Shown in pieces: positions 13,227 through 25,975 of a DNA stretch of 64,000 bases. The position numbers and the translations under genes were made by a program. Within the stretch, counting starts at the first letter, position 1, and every line of letters starts with the position of its first letter. The stretch covers positions 299,657 to 363,656 of the forward strand of contig NMRA01000136.1 in NCBI GenBank assembly GCA_002633005.1, written 5' to 3'. The DNA is from Phoronis australis (Eukaryota; Animalia; Phoronida). The notes under the pieces were generated by a model. It did no database searches. It was not told where the DNA came from and saw only the letters and a program-made list of their open reading frames with translations.

Positions 13227-16200
13227 GGCGTGCTTTCATTAGAGGCGAGAATCTCGCGAAAACGCAAGAGATATCCGAGATTACAAGTAAAACACATGGT
13301 ATCACACTAGTTTCCTTCGAGATTCTTTTGTCTATGAATCTCTAACTAGGACACACTGGCAAAATAATTTGTGTATTGCTTATGCGGCTGACGTATGTCT
13401 CTTCCTTTCCGAGTCATAATTTTGTTGAGTCTTCATCTAAGAGCGCCGCAGTGAATTTCCCTTTCCTACACTCCTTATATTTTCTTATCCACTTGCGGGC
13501 AGTTCATGTGTTTTGCTTTTGAAGATTTTTGATCATTTGGATTCGGACAATTCACTTTAGATTTCCTATGAATCCCATCCGGATACCTCATGCGAACTAA
13601 AACTTTCTAGTGCGAACATTTGATGAACATTACTTGATTTCTATATCAATTACAAAGAAATTTTTCCTTTTGATACGGAAAGTTAATTTCCTTTCGGTAG
13701 CTGGAATGTGTGGAATTTACTTTTGTTTGACAAAATACTTTTTGTTGGTCGGATTATGTACACGGGTGGGTGTACGGCTGCTCTTTGCTTGTGCTGATGT
13801 ATTTGCGGTGTTTCTATATATTGTATCTATAGCTGCTGTGTTGTATCTAAGAAACAATGTTGTATACAACATTATGTTAGAAGCTGTTGCCATTGCATTC
13901 ACAGTTTAAAACACAGGATGTGATTCGACAGTTAAGATATTAATAAAATAATTATAAAAATCTCGTATCTTTCTTCCCTGTTTGTATGCAGCGCCTTACT
14001 TTGCTCATTAATTTTTTCAAAAGATTTTTTTAAAGTGGGTGGTGTTTCCGCGGAAACCTCATTACATGTGGCGGCAGTTCAGTGAGTTCCCATGAGTTCA
14101 GTTCAGTACGTTTACCTAGTCCAGCTATCTCATTATCGGCGTTCATCTGATAAACTTACGTAATGCAGCAATTACTTTTAAACAGCGCGCCGGACACTAA
14201 TCTATATTTAAACAATACTATTTCGAAACGACGTTCAACAAATGTCATGAATAAGAATGTGTTTTTTTTTATAAAATACTATCACCAAAAAACTTCGTAC
14301 GGAGAAAAACGGATGACTTTTAGAGAAATTGGACAAACTTTCACCTGTTGATTCCTTTGTGTGACTGTAAGCTCTGACCTGCTTACTAGCCCAGCACTGT
14401 GTACCAACACAATAGGCTTGTTTGTCACGTTTAATCGAACGTGATTCTAGATCAGATCGTGATGTTGGAAATTTCTTAGTTATATAAAAGCAAAGTGAAT
14501 GACGTCATCAGTTTCGTGGTCACGTGTTACTAATTGTCATTTCTGCAACGTTTTTTTCTGTGGTGGGTTGTCTACACCACAATTTTTTATTGCAAGTGAT
14601 GGTATTTATTATTTTTGTAGGTGGTGTAACGTCTGGAGTGAAAAAGAAAATCCTAGTGAATTTATTTCATAAAAAAGAAATGCAAATTTTTATTGTGGGC
14701 ATTATTTCAATTTCTACATAGTAAATAATTACTGTCCAGTTTTCTCTATTCCTTACTTGTTCTATGTTGTAATCTGTTGTATTACACGGCGGATTTTGCC
14801 TTCGAGGATTTCTGGCTTATGTAATTATATTTTCGAAAACGTGTTTTCTTTATTGTATTTCACGAATTTGATATATACGTTAATAATCGAATCTATCTCT
14901 ATCTGCATGGTAAAATATGTGTTTTGGGATTCTTTCCTTTCGGCTTTCCATAGCTCACAGCCAATTTCGGGTTATTTCCACAAGCAGTCTAATATTTGAA
15001 TATAGGTTTAAGGGTCCTCTTTGTCCTACTGTGCCTAATGGAAATACAGAGTGCCAGTCGTGAAAATTTTATTCTACATTACGATCGGTCAACAGGCCAG
15101 TCAAATGATAAAAAACGCTTAACATTACAACTTTACAATGATAAAATTTCAGCTCTTAGCACCGTTGCTCTTAAAATACATGTATATAGCGCCAGGGTTT
15201 TTAGTTCACAAAAATTGTGGCGAAATAATCTAACTGCTCTGGCATCATCTGTCAAGTTCGTCATTAAACTTCTGCACACATCACCAAAGGACACTGGGCA
15301 GTGACACATAAAATGAATCTCATTTTTAATTTGACCAGTCTTGCATATTCCACAAATTCTCTCATCCTTGGTTACCTGCGTGCCGCCCTGTTTCAATGCA
15401 AAGCTGTGCATTGAGTGTATGAAAACCTCTTTCAAACACAACTCTGTGTTACGGTTTTACGTGGGTTTATTTTAGAGATCTACAAGATATATCTATTCAC
15501 TGTGCTGTCTAACTCTCAACTGAAAACTTGTTTGTCAGAACTAAAGATCATATGCTCATAAGTCGGGATATCTGAGAATTGTTTTGCACAACTTACACAA
15601 TCTATGATTTTAGCTACAAGTGCCATGCATGGTTATGTTTTGGACTCAGCAATTCAAGTGAAAACCACGAACATAACATTGAGCACCTAAAACGAGCAAG
15701 TATTTTCCTCGAGCATAGTGGTCTAAAAAGTATTTTTCACACTATAGTTCCTTTTTGATAGTAGGCCTACAATAGAATTGATACTTAGTCGAATTACTAA
15801 TTAAAGAGTGCCAATTTTGTACGTCAATCAATTAATCTCCGACGAAATTCTGACAGTAATAAAATTACGTCTCCCTGTCCGTATAACCATACCTCTCCAA
15901 ACCCTTGGGTACACAGCAGCATTTTTATAGAATAGCCTATGCTCAGTTGTGCCTGCCGCCGTGCTCGCATGGTTGCCGTAATATATTGTAACACTGAATT
16001 GAATACGAGGCTTCATAAGTAAAAAATATCGTTTTCCGAACATGATCTATGGTGCTTACTGCCCCGAATCATAAAAATTACAATTTTGACTTTCGACAAC
16101 AGAGTAATGCACCGACCTTCCCGATGACTCAAACAATAGTTTATGTTAATTTGAAATTGATAAACGAGACAAAATGTGTAGTTTTCATCTGTGTGATTCT

Positions 16201-18774
16201 CGAGCTATAGACAAGCAGATCTATATTAACCTACTTCCATTTACAATTTCGTTAGCGACTCAATCAAACAGAAGTAGATTGTGTTGACTGTAAGTAAAGG
16301 TTTGTTAAGTTACTTGGAGTTAAGAAGCCTCTATTTATGTGAAGTGCAAAAAGGCTGACAGGAATAAAACTTCCCCGACAACGCAATGATTGCCGTGGAC
16401 AAGATCGGAAACACAAGTTGTATATGCAGTCTAACAGAAATCACCAACTTAAAGTTGTACAGGCAGTGTTTCAAAAGTTCGTGACCAGTTTTTAAAAACA
16501 CACTCCGTTCCACCGTAGAAACAGGAGTAGTCAATTTATTTTTCATTTATTTAACATTTGATATAATGTTCTATCATCTGACTCTCAGTTTTTAGTCTCC
16601 GCAACAGGTAACAGGTTATTTTAAAAAGAGTACGGAATGTTTCAATTTTTGGCATTTCACTACGTAAAACGTTCCATGCAAAATTGAGGGTTTTCGGATT
16701 AAGCACGTATATGTAAAATAATAGATAGGTTCCCAAGAAAGGACAAAGATGTCTGTATTTCTAACAGGTTTTGAGCTAAGAGGTTGGATACTCGCTGGTA
16801 GCGAGGGTTGGATATTGAGGAATCTCCTCGGTCCTGGAGGTAGGAAAGCGCGGTGTCAACTTGTGTGTTTCCGATCGGCAGGCCGAGATCATTAGAAAAA
16901 TGTTGAGAGTCAGCGACGGATTCAATCGCCGGGTTAATGTGTTAAAGACCAGAAATGTTTTAAGCTATTCAAAGAAAATTGGTTTTCGAAATTTTTGGTC
17001 TGTCCTATTTCAAAATATTTAAAACAGTCATTAGACACAGTTATTTTCTGTCGGACTATTTAATTCGATATCAAAATAGACTGCACTACATTAAAGTACC
17101 TTTGAACCCAACTGTAGCAAGAGAATGATGACTGGTCAACTTTCTTGAAGAGTTATCCAAACATTCCTCATTTTTTTCAAAACAATTATAGGATTCATCC
17201 GAGAATGAATCCGATTTCTGTCCCAGATACAAAACGTGATTGAACTTGCTATGCTAGGTGAACTGTGGACCGGTGTCAATGTCAGCTGAGACCGGCGAAG
17301 ACACAAATTGACAAATTACGAAAATTACTACCGTTTTTGGAAACTAAATGGCAGTAGGTACTGGCGACCATAGTAAAGAATGCATTCATTCTGAAGCGAG
17401 AAGGGGGGGGGGCGGAGAGGGACTAGTCCCTTAAATCAACGTGTCGTCATTTCCTGAAACTTATGCTATCATCCGTGACTCCATAATGGATAACCCTCGG
17501 TAGTCTGTATTTTTAAAAAGGTGACTTCGTCAAATTTCACCAACAACAGCGTTGAGGTGAGCAAGGTGCTTAGGCAAAAGAAAGTTTCATGTTATGGGCA
17601 ACTGAATACTTTCTGCTCAAAACTACGGGACAGGTTTTCAAGTGAATGCAATGTCTTAACAAAGAAGCTAGATGTCATAACACGCTCAGAATCCCCTATG
17701 TCTGGTAAAGTCACTGAACGGGAAAACGCTGTCATGTACGCTATGGAGAGTTAACATCCGTGCTCACGGTTGTTTATTCGTTTGGAGTAAGCATTATTGA
17801 CGTTTGTCATGCCTTGCGAGAAGAAACTCCTGCCATTTACAAAGAAGCGATACACACCCTCCTGTTTCTAGGATTGCTTTGCCGGTCGGATGACATAAAA
17901 AGCCGGCCACAAAACACGCTGCCAATCATAAAGAAGATTGAAGGAGTTTCAAAGATGATCACCTGAAGACGGTTAAAGGCTGAGGCTGTGATTGGAAAGT
18001 GTGATCGATGTCATAAACCATCACCGCTGTTTTGCGGAGTGAATGAGAGAATGGACTCATAATTCTATCTTCAAATTTTATGCGATAAAAATTATTCAAA
18101 TAAAATATTTGTTTCTCAAATGTTTTTTTTATTCTCAGTTATGGAGTATTATCAAGTGGAAATAGTTTCAGTATTGCAACGCAGTAGGCGTCGTCATCAT
18201 TGTCACCGTTTCCCAATCGCGGTTGCAGTCCAACGCTCCGCTAGCGAAGCTGAACCAAACACCGCCCTTGATTTCAGAGAATGGTTGGAAGGCAGAGGCA
18301 AGAATTGGCGTCTTGTACATTCACAAAAATGCACACCTGGTTAAAGTGAATGCTTTAGTCTATTCCAGCCAATAATAAACCCAAACGCCTTTTCCGTCCG
18401 TGAAGTCCATTATGCCCCTCTCTTTCAAAAATTACGTTTTTCATCATACAGAAGTTATCAACGAAAAATTGATTTAATTTTTGTAAGGGTTAGAATTCAA
18501 CATTGACAACTAAACTGCGGGGAAATGAATTTTTAATAAAATGTATAAAAGGATGCATTATCGTGCCGTCCACCCAAAAGGATAGCAGCTGTTGTTACAT
18601 AGTAGAAAAAAATATGAGAATCGTACTGAAATGGATCGACTTATGTAGACACAAGAATCTCGCGAAGGAAGTTAATGTGATCACGTAATTTACTTGTAAA
18701 ACACATCAATATCACGCGAATTCTTGCGTGCTCTTGAGTTTTCGCGAGGTTCTCGCGTCTACGGAATGCAAGTC
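13227..18774 (+). mobile_element. Probable decayed PIF/Harbinger DNA transposon (~5.5 kb)
   Basis: Imperfect inverted ends: GGCGTGCTTTCATTAGAGGCGAGAATCTCGCGAAAACGCAAGAG at 13227 versus reverse complement GACTTGCATTCCGTAGACGCGAGAACCTCGCGAAAACTCAAGAG ending at 18774. Internal peptide YGELTSVLTVVYSFGVSIIDVCHALREETPAIYKE (~17740-17845) resembles the HTH region of Harbinger transposases. Confidence 0.5.
15133..15520 (-). mobile_element. Non-LTR retrotransposon ORF2 C-terminal remnant
   Basis: ERICGICKTGQIKNEIHFMCHCP matches the CxxC...ExxxHF..xCP zinc knuckle at the end of LINE ORF2 proteins; degraded. Confidence 0.7.
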
Positions 18775-21769
18775 AAGTCAATACCACGGAGTCAAGGGAA
18801 GTGAGAAAAAATCCACCTTGCTTCTGTTTCGTAGGTTGGAAATTCCCAGTCAAATTATTAGACCACAAACATACCTTTACTAATCAAAAATCCGCACAAG
18901 GCTCAAACAGGTACCTAGACTAAGCATCAGGTCACAAAAATACCGTGATTATCAAATAGTGACACAAGGTTTCTCCGTTGCTAAAAAAAGACCATATAGT
19001 TAATCGTCCTATGTAAACAATCTCGACACAAGGTGCTGTATTGTGGCAAATGACATGGAGAAAAATGACATCATTCGAGCACTGCATCAAGTCTGAATCA
19101 AAGTGTAACAGTACTATTGACTATGATACCAGGAAATCAATAAATCTCCCTTTATCCGTGTACGCGAGAAATGTTTTTAAGAAAAAACACCAGTTTGCAT
19201 CAATTGAAAAAATCTTGATCGCTCGTCCAGCAACTATTGGCACTTAGCCAAAGACTTTGGGAAAACCCTCGTACGTATATATATAGATTCAGCGCATCTT
19301 TGACGTTATTTGCCTGGAAAACGAGTGATTGTAGGGACACGTAGGGTAACTTTCGCTCGCTTGGATACAGTACTCAGCCTATCAGTTATTCACCAAAGCA
19401 TATCGCACAGGTAGGTATAAATTGAGCAGTTGTAATAACATGTATCAATTTTTCGATTATCGTACATACATTTTTGTTGAAAGAAATGCGAATTTTCTCC
19501 TCTCGAGAAAAGTTGGAATTTCCCAGTTGTGGCTAGCATTGTCAATTTAATAGCGTGAAAGCAAATTCATATGCCGAGACCAGTGTTACAGAAACATTAC
19601 TGGCGAGAAAAGACATTTCACAGAGCATCAAAGGAACCTCGATGGCCACAGTCTAATGCCCTACTGTCGCATGGGCTGAGAGGGTATATCCCCCACTTAT
19701 TTCAGTGCAGCGCCGCCCATTTGTCGTGGCTTAACTCCACCCAGTACATGGCAGAGTAGCGTTTAAGATATTTTAAACTGGTAGAGTCACCGAACTTGAT
19801 TTCAGTGAATGTCAGGAAGACAACAATGAGAATTAGCGATAAAAAACCACAAGGGATTTTGTTTGTTTCAGAGTTCTGGTAAAAGCTATTAAATTCAGCA
19901 ATAATCTGAAACATGCGTTTTTGGAAGTAAATCGATCACTTCTCTTTAAGGTTATGCAGGACCCTACAGAAAAATTCCAAATTTCGGAACATCATATCTC
20001 GGAAATGGAGGATCGGATTCATATGAAACTTTCAGATGCTATGCTTCAAACAATCAAATAAAGTAAATCCGTTCACGTGGACTAGACTACTTAATTACAT
20101 TCTTAAGTCCGCCACTACATTTTTGAGGTATGGCTGAATGATTAGAACCATGGTCGAGGCAGTTGGAACTTCCCGCTGTGCTCTCGCGAGGTACGATCGA
20201 TATCAGGGTTCCAAGCAGTAGACGGAGGAAACTTGCCACCTCTGAGACGGACTAAATACCATACTGAAGACAGCCACCTTGTCGCCTCTTTCAAAACAGT
20301 TCTTGTCCCTACTCGAAATTCTGTCATTATCGAACTCGTGATCATTCGCATGCAAGTGTCTATGTTCTCTCAATGAAACAACTTCCCTCGTGTTCCTTCG
20401 GCGTTGGTTCAGTCGTTTCCGTAGAGGATGCATGCGCACACTCAGGGGTGACTCGAGGTGCTCGAACGAGTCTCCTCATTTGGCGAAGTGTGCAAAAAGC
20501 CGTGAGGTCCGCCACAGAGAAACAAAAACTCCGAAAAAATAGAGAACGAGACAAAAGGCCACTAAAAAGGCAGAAACTACTAAAATTCGGCGAATGTACA
20601 ATTCGTAACTCTGAAAGTACCCCGTGAATCTTAGTAAAAGGTCACATTCTCAAAAATTCGAGCCTCCAATTTTTTGGCTGGGTGCGCGCATGTGTTGTTG
20701 AGATTTCCCGGTACTCCTCGATACAATCGTCACCTTCACAACGGATGAGATAATCTACCTCACCGATGTTTTCTTTAGTAGGTTTGCTATTGGTCTCCCT
20801 AAAATTCACAAGACGGGTGATTCCCCCGAGATCGATCGACAGTTCGATCGACTTTGTCATTTGTAATCTGGGTAAAACCTCATATCGATTTTGTTTTCTG
20901 TGGTGGGCAAGTCTGACCAATGTGTAGACAACTCTTATGATTTTCTAGAGAAGGTGCACTAGATGTCAGTTCAGGAATTAAGATGATACTCTCGTTAGCT
21001 GTGACGTCACATTTTTGTTCACATGTTTCCCCCCGGAAGAGACATAAGCGAGAGATAACTTGTGGATCCTACCTTAGTCCTACCGGCACATTTTTTATCA
21101 TTGGCGCTTCTGCTTAGATAGCACGACTTTTTCGATAGAATTATGATTGCGCTACGGTATCGCCGCTTTCTCCAAACGCAGCGAAGATTTTGAGGAACGC
21201 GCGCGGGTCAACAAACGAAGTTGTGGCTACGTGGACCGCAAATTTTGTGGTGAATAAACAAGTAATGAGAGAAGTGCGTGGATTTTTTTTCATTTTCTAA
21301 ATTCCAAAACCCATTTATTGCGTTCACACAAGAGTTCATGTCAGACTGCAGTCTTTCGATAGTTTGATGTCTTTGGACTCTAGTGGACAGCATGCTCGCA
21401 CCCAGCCTTCGATATGGGGGGCTCGAATTCTTGACGTTGTGGACCATTTGCTAACAAAAGAGCGGGCGGACTAAAAAGAAAAAAAATAAAAAAAATAACG
21501 GGAGCACCTCTGTGTTGCGCTTATTTAGTGGACTTTTGTCCCATGTCCTCCGACTTTTTGTCTCTCGGGGGCGGACCTTTTTGCCCACTTCGCAAATTGG
21601 GGTGCGCGCATGGACAGATTTATTGTAAAAAGTACAGGAAGTCAACGCACACCGACCAAAATTTGGCGTTTGACTATTATCACCCCCTTGGTATGGAGTA
21701 TGGAGTTGCACGTTATCTAAATTACAGAAAAAGCTATTTAGTTACCAAGAGATAAAGATTTAGAGAAAG

Positions 21770-22075
21770 AGCCTTTATATAATGCCTCGTCCAATCGCGG
21801 GTGTATCGAGGAAACTAAAAACCTCTACGGAAACGGTTGTACTAACACCGAAGGAACGCGGGAGAAGGTGTTTCGTCGGCGGATCATAGACACGTGCATC
21901 AGGAGTTCGATAACCAATGTTGAAATTTTGAGTAGAGGTAAGAAATTATTGAAAAGAGGCGTCCATGAGGCCATCTCCGTTGAGGCATTTAATCTCTCAC
22001 TCAATAGACACAGAGGTTGTAGGTTAGCTTTGTCTACTAGTGCTTGGAACGCCACTGCGAGAGCACAGTTCGAAG
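21770..22075 (+). mobile_element. Penelope-like element GIY-YIG endonuclease fragment (degenerate)
   Basis: CIEETK..PLRKRLY*HRR (a YIGET-like motif), then NVEILSRGKKLLKRGVHEAISVEAFNLSLNRHRG..AWN, matching the R.vkEAI....LNR.G tail of Penelope endonucleases; contains a stop and frameshift. Confidence 0.7.
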
Positions 22076-22937
22076 CTCCATCCGTACCGCCATTCTCATC
22101 AACCACCCATTCCTCAATACAAGAAGGGAGCAGGACGCTCCCGAGGACATGATCACTTGACGGCAATCAAAGACAGATAGGTAAACAGTAAAGCATCAAA
22201 TTCTAATTTTTTTCTGCTTTCAGAAAATATGGTCTTACAGTTTAACGGATTTAAAATCTATAGTTTTGTAGATACTTGTCCACATACACAAACGTGTCGA
22301 TAAGGTCTTATATAACCTTAATAAATTTAACCCATATAACCAATTTTATGCCTAAAATGCGCTTTCGGGAGTATTACTGGATGGCTGAAGTTGTTATCTT
22401 TAGCTTTAAAACAATTCGCCGTTGTCTGAAATCAAGGCTGGTGACTTTACGGGTTAAATACGTTTAAATATTCTACCGTTTATCAAGGAGGATTTAGTTC
22501 CGTTAGCAGTTTTAGAGCGTTGTGACGCGACTGCGGGTATTACAAGCTAGAATCAGCGCTGAGATTGATCTCACAATATAAGTTTCTCGCCGATAATGTC
22601 TCTTTAAAAGGAATGAACAACGCTTTCGTTTTAATGATCATGAATTGCCACTTTATCTAAGGTTGCGCAACAAGTTATAAAATTGTGTGTTATGAAACTG
22701 TTTTCTTTATCTCGGTAGGTAAAACTTGAAGGTCAACAGTTTTGTCGTAGATCTGTGCAACAGTCTTCATCGATGTCATGCAATGGGTGTGGTGAAACTT
22801 TCGCTCTTCTCTGACCGCTATCCTTCCCTCAGCACTGGAAACTGGGATGCTAACGTAAAAACTCATGCAACCGTATCACCTGAGTAAACCAAAATTATAC
22901 GAAATTTGGTAACGATGGGAACTATCGATAAACAAAC

Positions 22938-25007
22938 ATGGCGATAGCTGCTAAAGCTCCGCACAGTATTCTCAGAGACTTGGAATGCGATATATGTTTA
23001 CAAATTCAGACAACGCCTCGTCAGCTGCCGTGTTCTCACACATTATGTGAAAACTGCATTCAAATCATCATTGACAAACAGCTTGAGGTGAAAAACGACA
23101 CATTTACTTGTACGCGATGCACTCGTGTCATCCCCATTCCAGAACACGGTGCATCTGAATTCCCTTTGAAAATGACCGATAGGACCTCCGAGTCGGGCAA
23201 TGTTTTTTGTCACGTCTGTGGTCTCAAGGGTGCCGAGGTAGAGGCGGAATCGATATGCGTTCAATGCGACCATGATTTGTGCAAAAAGTGTTCGGATATT
23301 CACCGCGAGACTGGAATAACTTTTGATCACGAGGTGGTGAATTTGAGGGAAGCCGTGGCCGGACAACATTTCGAGACATTCCGTCGGCATCAACAGTCTT
23401 ATTGTCCAAATCATCCCGAAAAGTTAATCGAACTATACTGTAACGATTGTGAAATACCCGTGTGTGTGACATGCTTGCCGCTTCGTCACTCTCAGCACAA
23501 ACTGGTAAGTCTAGAAGAGGTAGCTTCGTATAAAATCAGTGTCGTTCAATCTTTGATTCCCAAGTGGGAGGACGCGGTTGGTTATGTTCAACTTTTGTCA
23601 GACGAAACGAAGTTCACTTTGGATAATCTCAGTCCGACCACGTTGGAGAATATGATTAAGAGAGTGAGTAACATTTTTGACGACCATCAGCAGAAAATCG
23701 TTGCCGCAGTACAAACTAAGAAAGAAGAGTCGATAACCAAACTAAAGGAGCAGTTCACCTCAGCCAGAAACGAGGCACAGGCAGCTTATGAGGACGTCGA
23801 ACGGAGAAAAGAAATTCTTGCAAGTACTTTGGAATCCGCCAAAAGGCTCACAGAAAACACTCATGCTGCAGAAACGACTCTGGAATTCCCTGCACTGAAG
23901 GAAAAGCTTGAATCTCTAGACATTGGTCTCCTACAAACTTCAGTCGACAAAACCACCTTTATATTTCCTCCATCTGAACTACCAATGCCTGACCTGTCAT
24001 TCAACGTAAGAGTTAAAAGAGATTCACACTACAGATCACCAGATTTCTGGCAACTTCAAATTTTATCCGAATCACAGGCATCCGGTTGCCATGTCCTGGA
24101 AGAGGGCAGCCAAAGAGAGGAAGGAAAACTAGAGGAAGAAGGAAAAGAAGTGGAAGAAGACGAACAAGAAGAAGAAGAAGAAGAAGACGAAGAAGAAAAA
24201 CAACCGATTCTCATCAGGAAATTCAGTAGTCGCCTTCAAGGAGAAAGTGTTTCCGGGTGTTTGGGGTTGTCTCTTGGTGTAAATGAGTATTTGGTTGCAG
24301 ACAGGGCGAATAAGTGTGTGAAAGTATTTGACGTAAACACCACGAGCTTCAAAGTTGCTTTACGGGACAAATTGCAGAACCCACGGGATGTTACCAGCAA
24401 CAAAAAAGGTGAGATTTTTGTCACCGACTGTACCATTCATGGGGTTTTAAAATATGAAGCCGAGACGGGACACTTATTGAAAGACTATCCGGGTATGTTC
24501 AAAGACTGGGCTTGTCTAACATGTTCGGAAGACCATCTCATAATTTCCGATACACTTGGCGGACGTGTGCTTTTCACAACCTTTGACTGTGATCCTTGTC
24601 ACCAAATCGACACCGATTCCTTAAAAATAGACAATTTCAAGCCGCGATACATTTGCATAGACCATACTACCGGTCATTTGGTGACACGCCTGTATCATCC
24701 CAGCGATAAATGGTATAGGATCGACTGCATAAATTCGCCAGTGAAAATAGTAAACACCTACCGTGATAAGTTGGATGATCCGTATGGTGTTTGTGTAGAC
24801 GACTTGGGCAACATACTCGTTGCTGACCGAGACAACCACCAAGTGATTCTACATAACGGAACGGGAGTGCGCGTGCTTCTCTCACACGAACATGTTGAAT
24901 TTCCTACTGGCTTATGCATCCCGGGTCCTGGGCTTGTGTCCGTTGTGGAATATAGTTCTGGGGAGGTGAAGACCTTTCAGTACATGGACGCAAAAGGCGG
25001 AAAGTAA
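22938..25007 (+). CDS. TRIM-NHL E3 ubiquitin ligase (RING, two B-boxes, coiled coil, acidic linker, NHL beta-propeller), 689 aa, single coding exon
   Basis: Uninterrupted ORF with good start context (AAACATGG); RING CDIC..CSHTLCENC..CTRC; B-box CPNH..LYCNDCEIPVCVTC..HSQH; NHL repeats LQNPRDV, LDDPYGVCVDDLGNILVADRDNHQV, FPTGLCI. Confidence 0.93.
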   Translation: MAIAAKAPHSILRDLECDICLQIQTTPRQLPCSHTLCENCIQIIIDKQLEVKNDTFTCTRCTRVIPIPEHGASEFPLKMTDRTSESGNVFCHVCGLKGAEVEAESICVQCDHDLCKKCSDIHRETGITFDHEVVNLREAVAGQHFETFRRHQQSYCPNHPEKLIELYCNDCEIPVCVTCLPLRHSQHKLVSLEEVASYKISVVQSLIPKWEDAVGYVQLLSDETKFTLDNLSPTTLENMIKRVSNIFDDHQQKIVAAVQTKKEESITKLKEQFTSARNEAQAAYEDVERRKEILASTLESAKRLTENTHAAETTLEFPALKEKLESLDIGLLQTSVDKTTFIFPPSELPMPDLSFNVRVKRDSHYRSPDFWQLQILSESQASGCHVLEEGSQREEGKLEEEGKEVEEDEQEEEEEEDEEEKQPILIRKFSSRLQGESVSGCLGLSLGVNEYLVADRANKCVKVFDVNTTSFKVALRDKLQNPRDVTSNKKGEIFVTDCTIHGVLKYEAETGHLLKDYPGMFKDWACLTCSEDHLIISDTLGGRVLFTTFDCDPCHQIDTDSLKIDNFKPRYICIDHTTGHLVTRLYHPSDKWYRIDCINSPVKIVNTYRDKLDDPYGVCVDDLGNILVADRDNHQVILHNGTGVRVLLSHEHVEFPTGLCIPGPGLVSVVEYSSGEVKTFQYMDAKGGK

Positions 25008-25437
25008 AACGTCTTGAGTCCTTTTTGTCGATCTAGTTATTGCAGCGTTGGCGATATTCGTGTACGAAAAAGTCATGCATTGCAGCAATAGAAGTGTTAT
25101 TGATTGTAAAAAAACTTTGACGAGAGCGAAACCTAATATAGCATTAGTCTTAATTAGTTCTTTTTGTTGGCGAACACTGTACTCCGCGCGACACCTTCTG
25201 GAGTGTTACCGCCAGCCTTATGGTCTGTATTCACTGATTTGTATATTGCTGATTCAAAGTTTAGCGTATACCTAATTATCTTGTATAAACTCAAAAAAAA
25301 ATTCATAGCTATTGTGACTACAGTTAATGTACATTTGCTTTAAAAATAATATATTAATCATATTCACATACATTAGTATCGAATACTCCTACATCGAAAA
25401 ACCCAGTCACAAAATGACTCATAATGACGGCGTCTGG

Positions 25438-25975
25438 GTGTGATGCATAGGTACTTTCACGGTAATGTACCGACTTATCTATCTCATAATCTCGTACTTG
25501 TTCGAAATAGCCACCAGATTAGGACAAGATTTTCTGCCTCAAACAATTTGGTTTTGCCCAGACACAGAACATCGTTTTATTCTAAGTCCTTCTTTATTCA
25601 GACCATTAAACAGTGGAACAGTTTGCCTAATAATCTTAAGGATGCTGATTGTTATGATAATTTCAGACACCACCTCATCAGTTACCTGTGGTCGTCATAG
25701 ATGACCCTCCTTCTTGTCTTTCCAGTATATTTACCAAAAATTTTATTATTTATTTATTTATTTATCTTTAATTCAATTTGTTCTATCCAATTTGTAAATA
25801 CTAGTTTATTTTATTTAATGTATCTTATTGTATCTTAATTTAATCTGTTTATCTAACTTAATTTAATTAATTTAATTTCTTGCTGCAGAGGACCAAGCTG
25901 GATATTAGCCTTTGGCTAAAGCATGTTTTACATTTATTGTATTTTTATCCTCTTCAAATAAAGTTTATTATTAAT
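25438..25975 (+). mobile_element. 3' end of a CR1/L2-type LINE (5'-truncated)
   Basis: PTYL...H.IRTR...LPR.RT..Y.KSFF..TIKQWNSLP..LK is the typical CR1/L2 ORF2 C-terminus; followed by an AT-rich 3'UTR, AATAAA and a short TTA-type tail. Confidence 0.8.

Noticed and set aside
20142-20920. Cluster of short overlapping ORFs (64-92 aa)
   Set aside because: No recognisable domain or consistent splice structure; probably the interior of a decayed repeat.
23043-24885. Minus-strand ORFs overlapping the TRIM-NHL gene
   Set aside because: Antisense shadows of a real CDS with no motifs.
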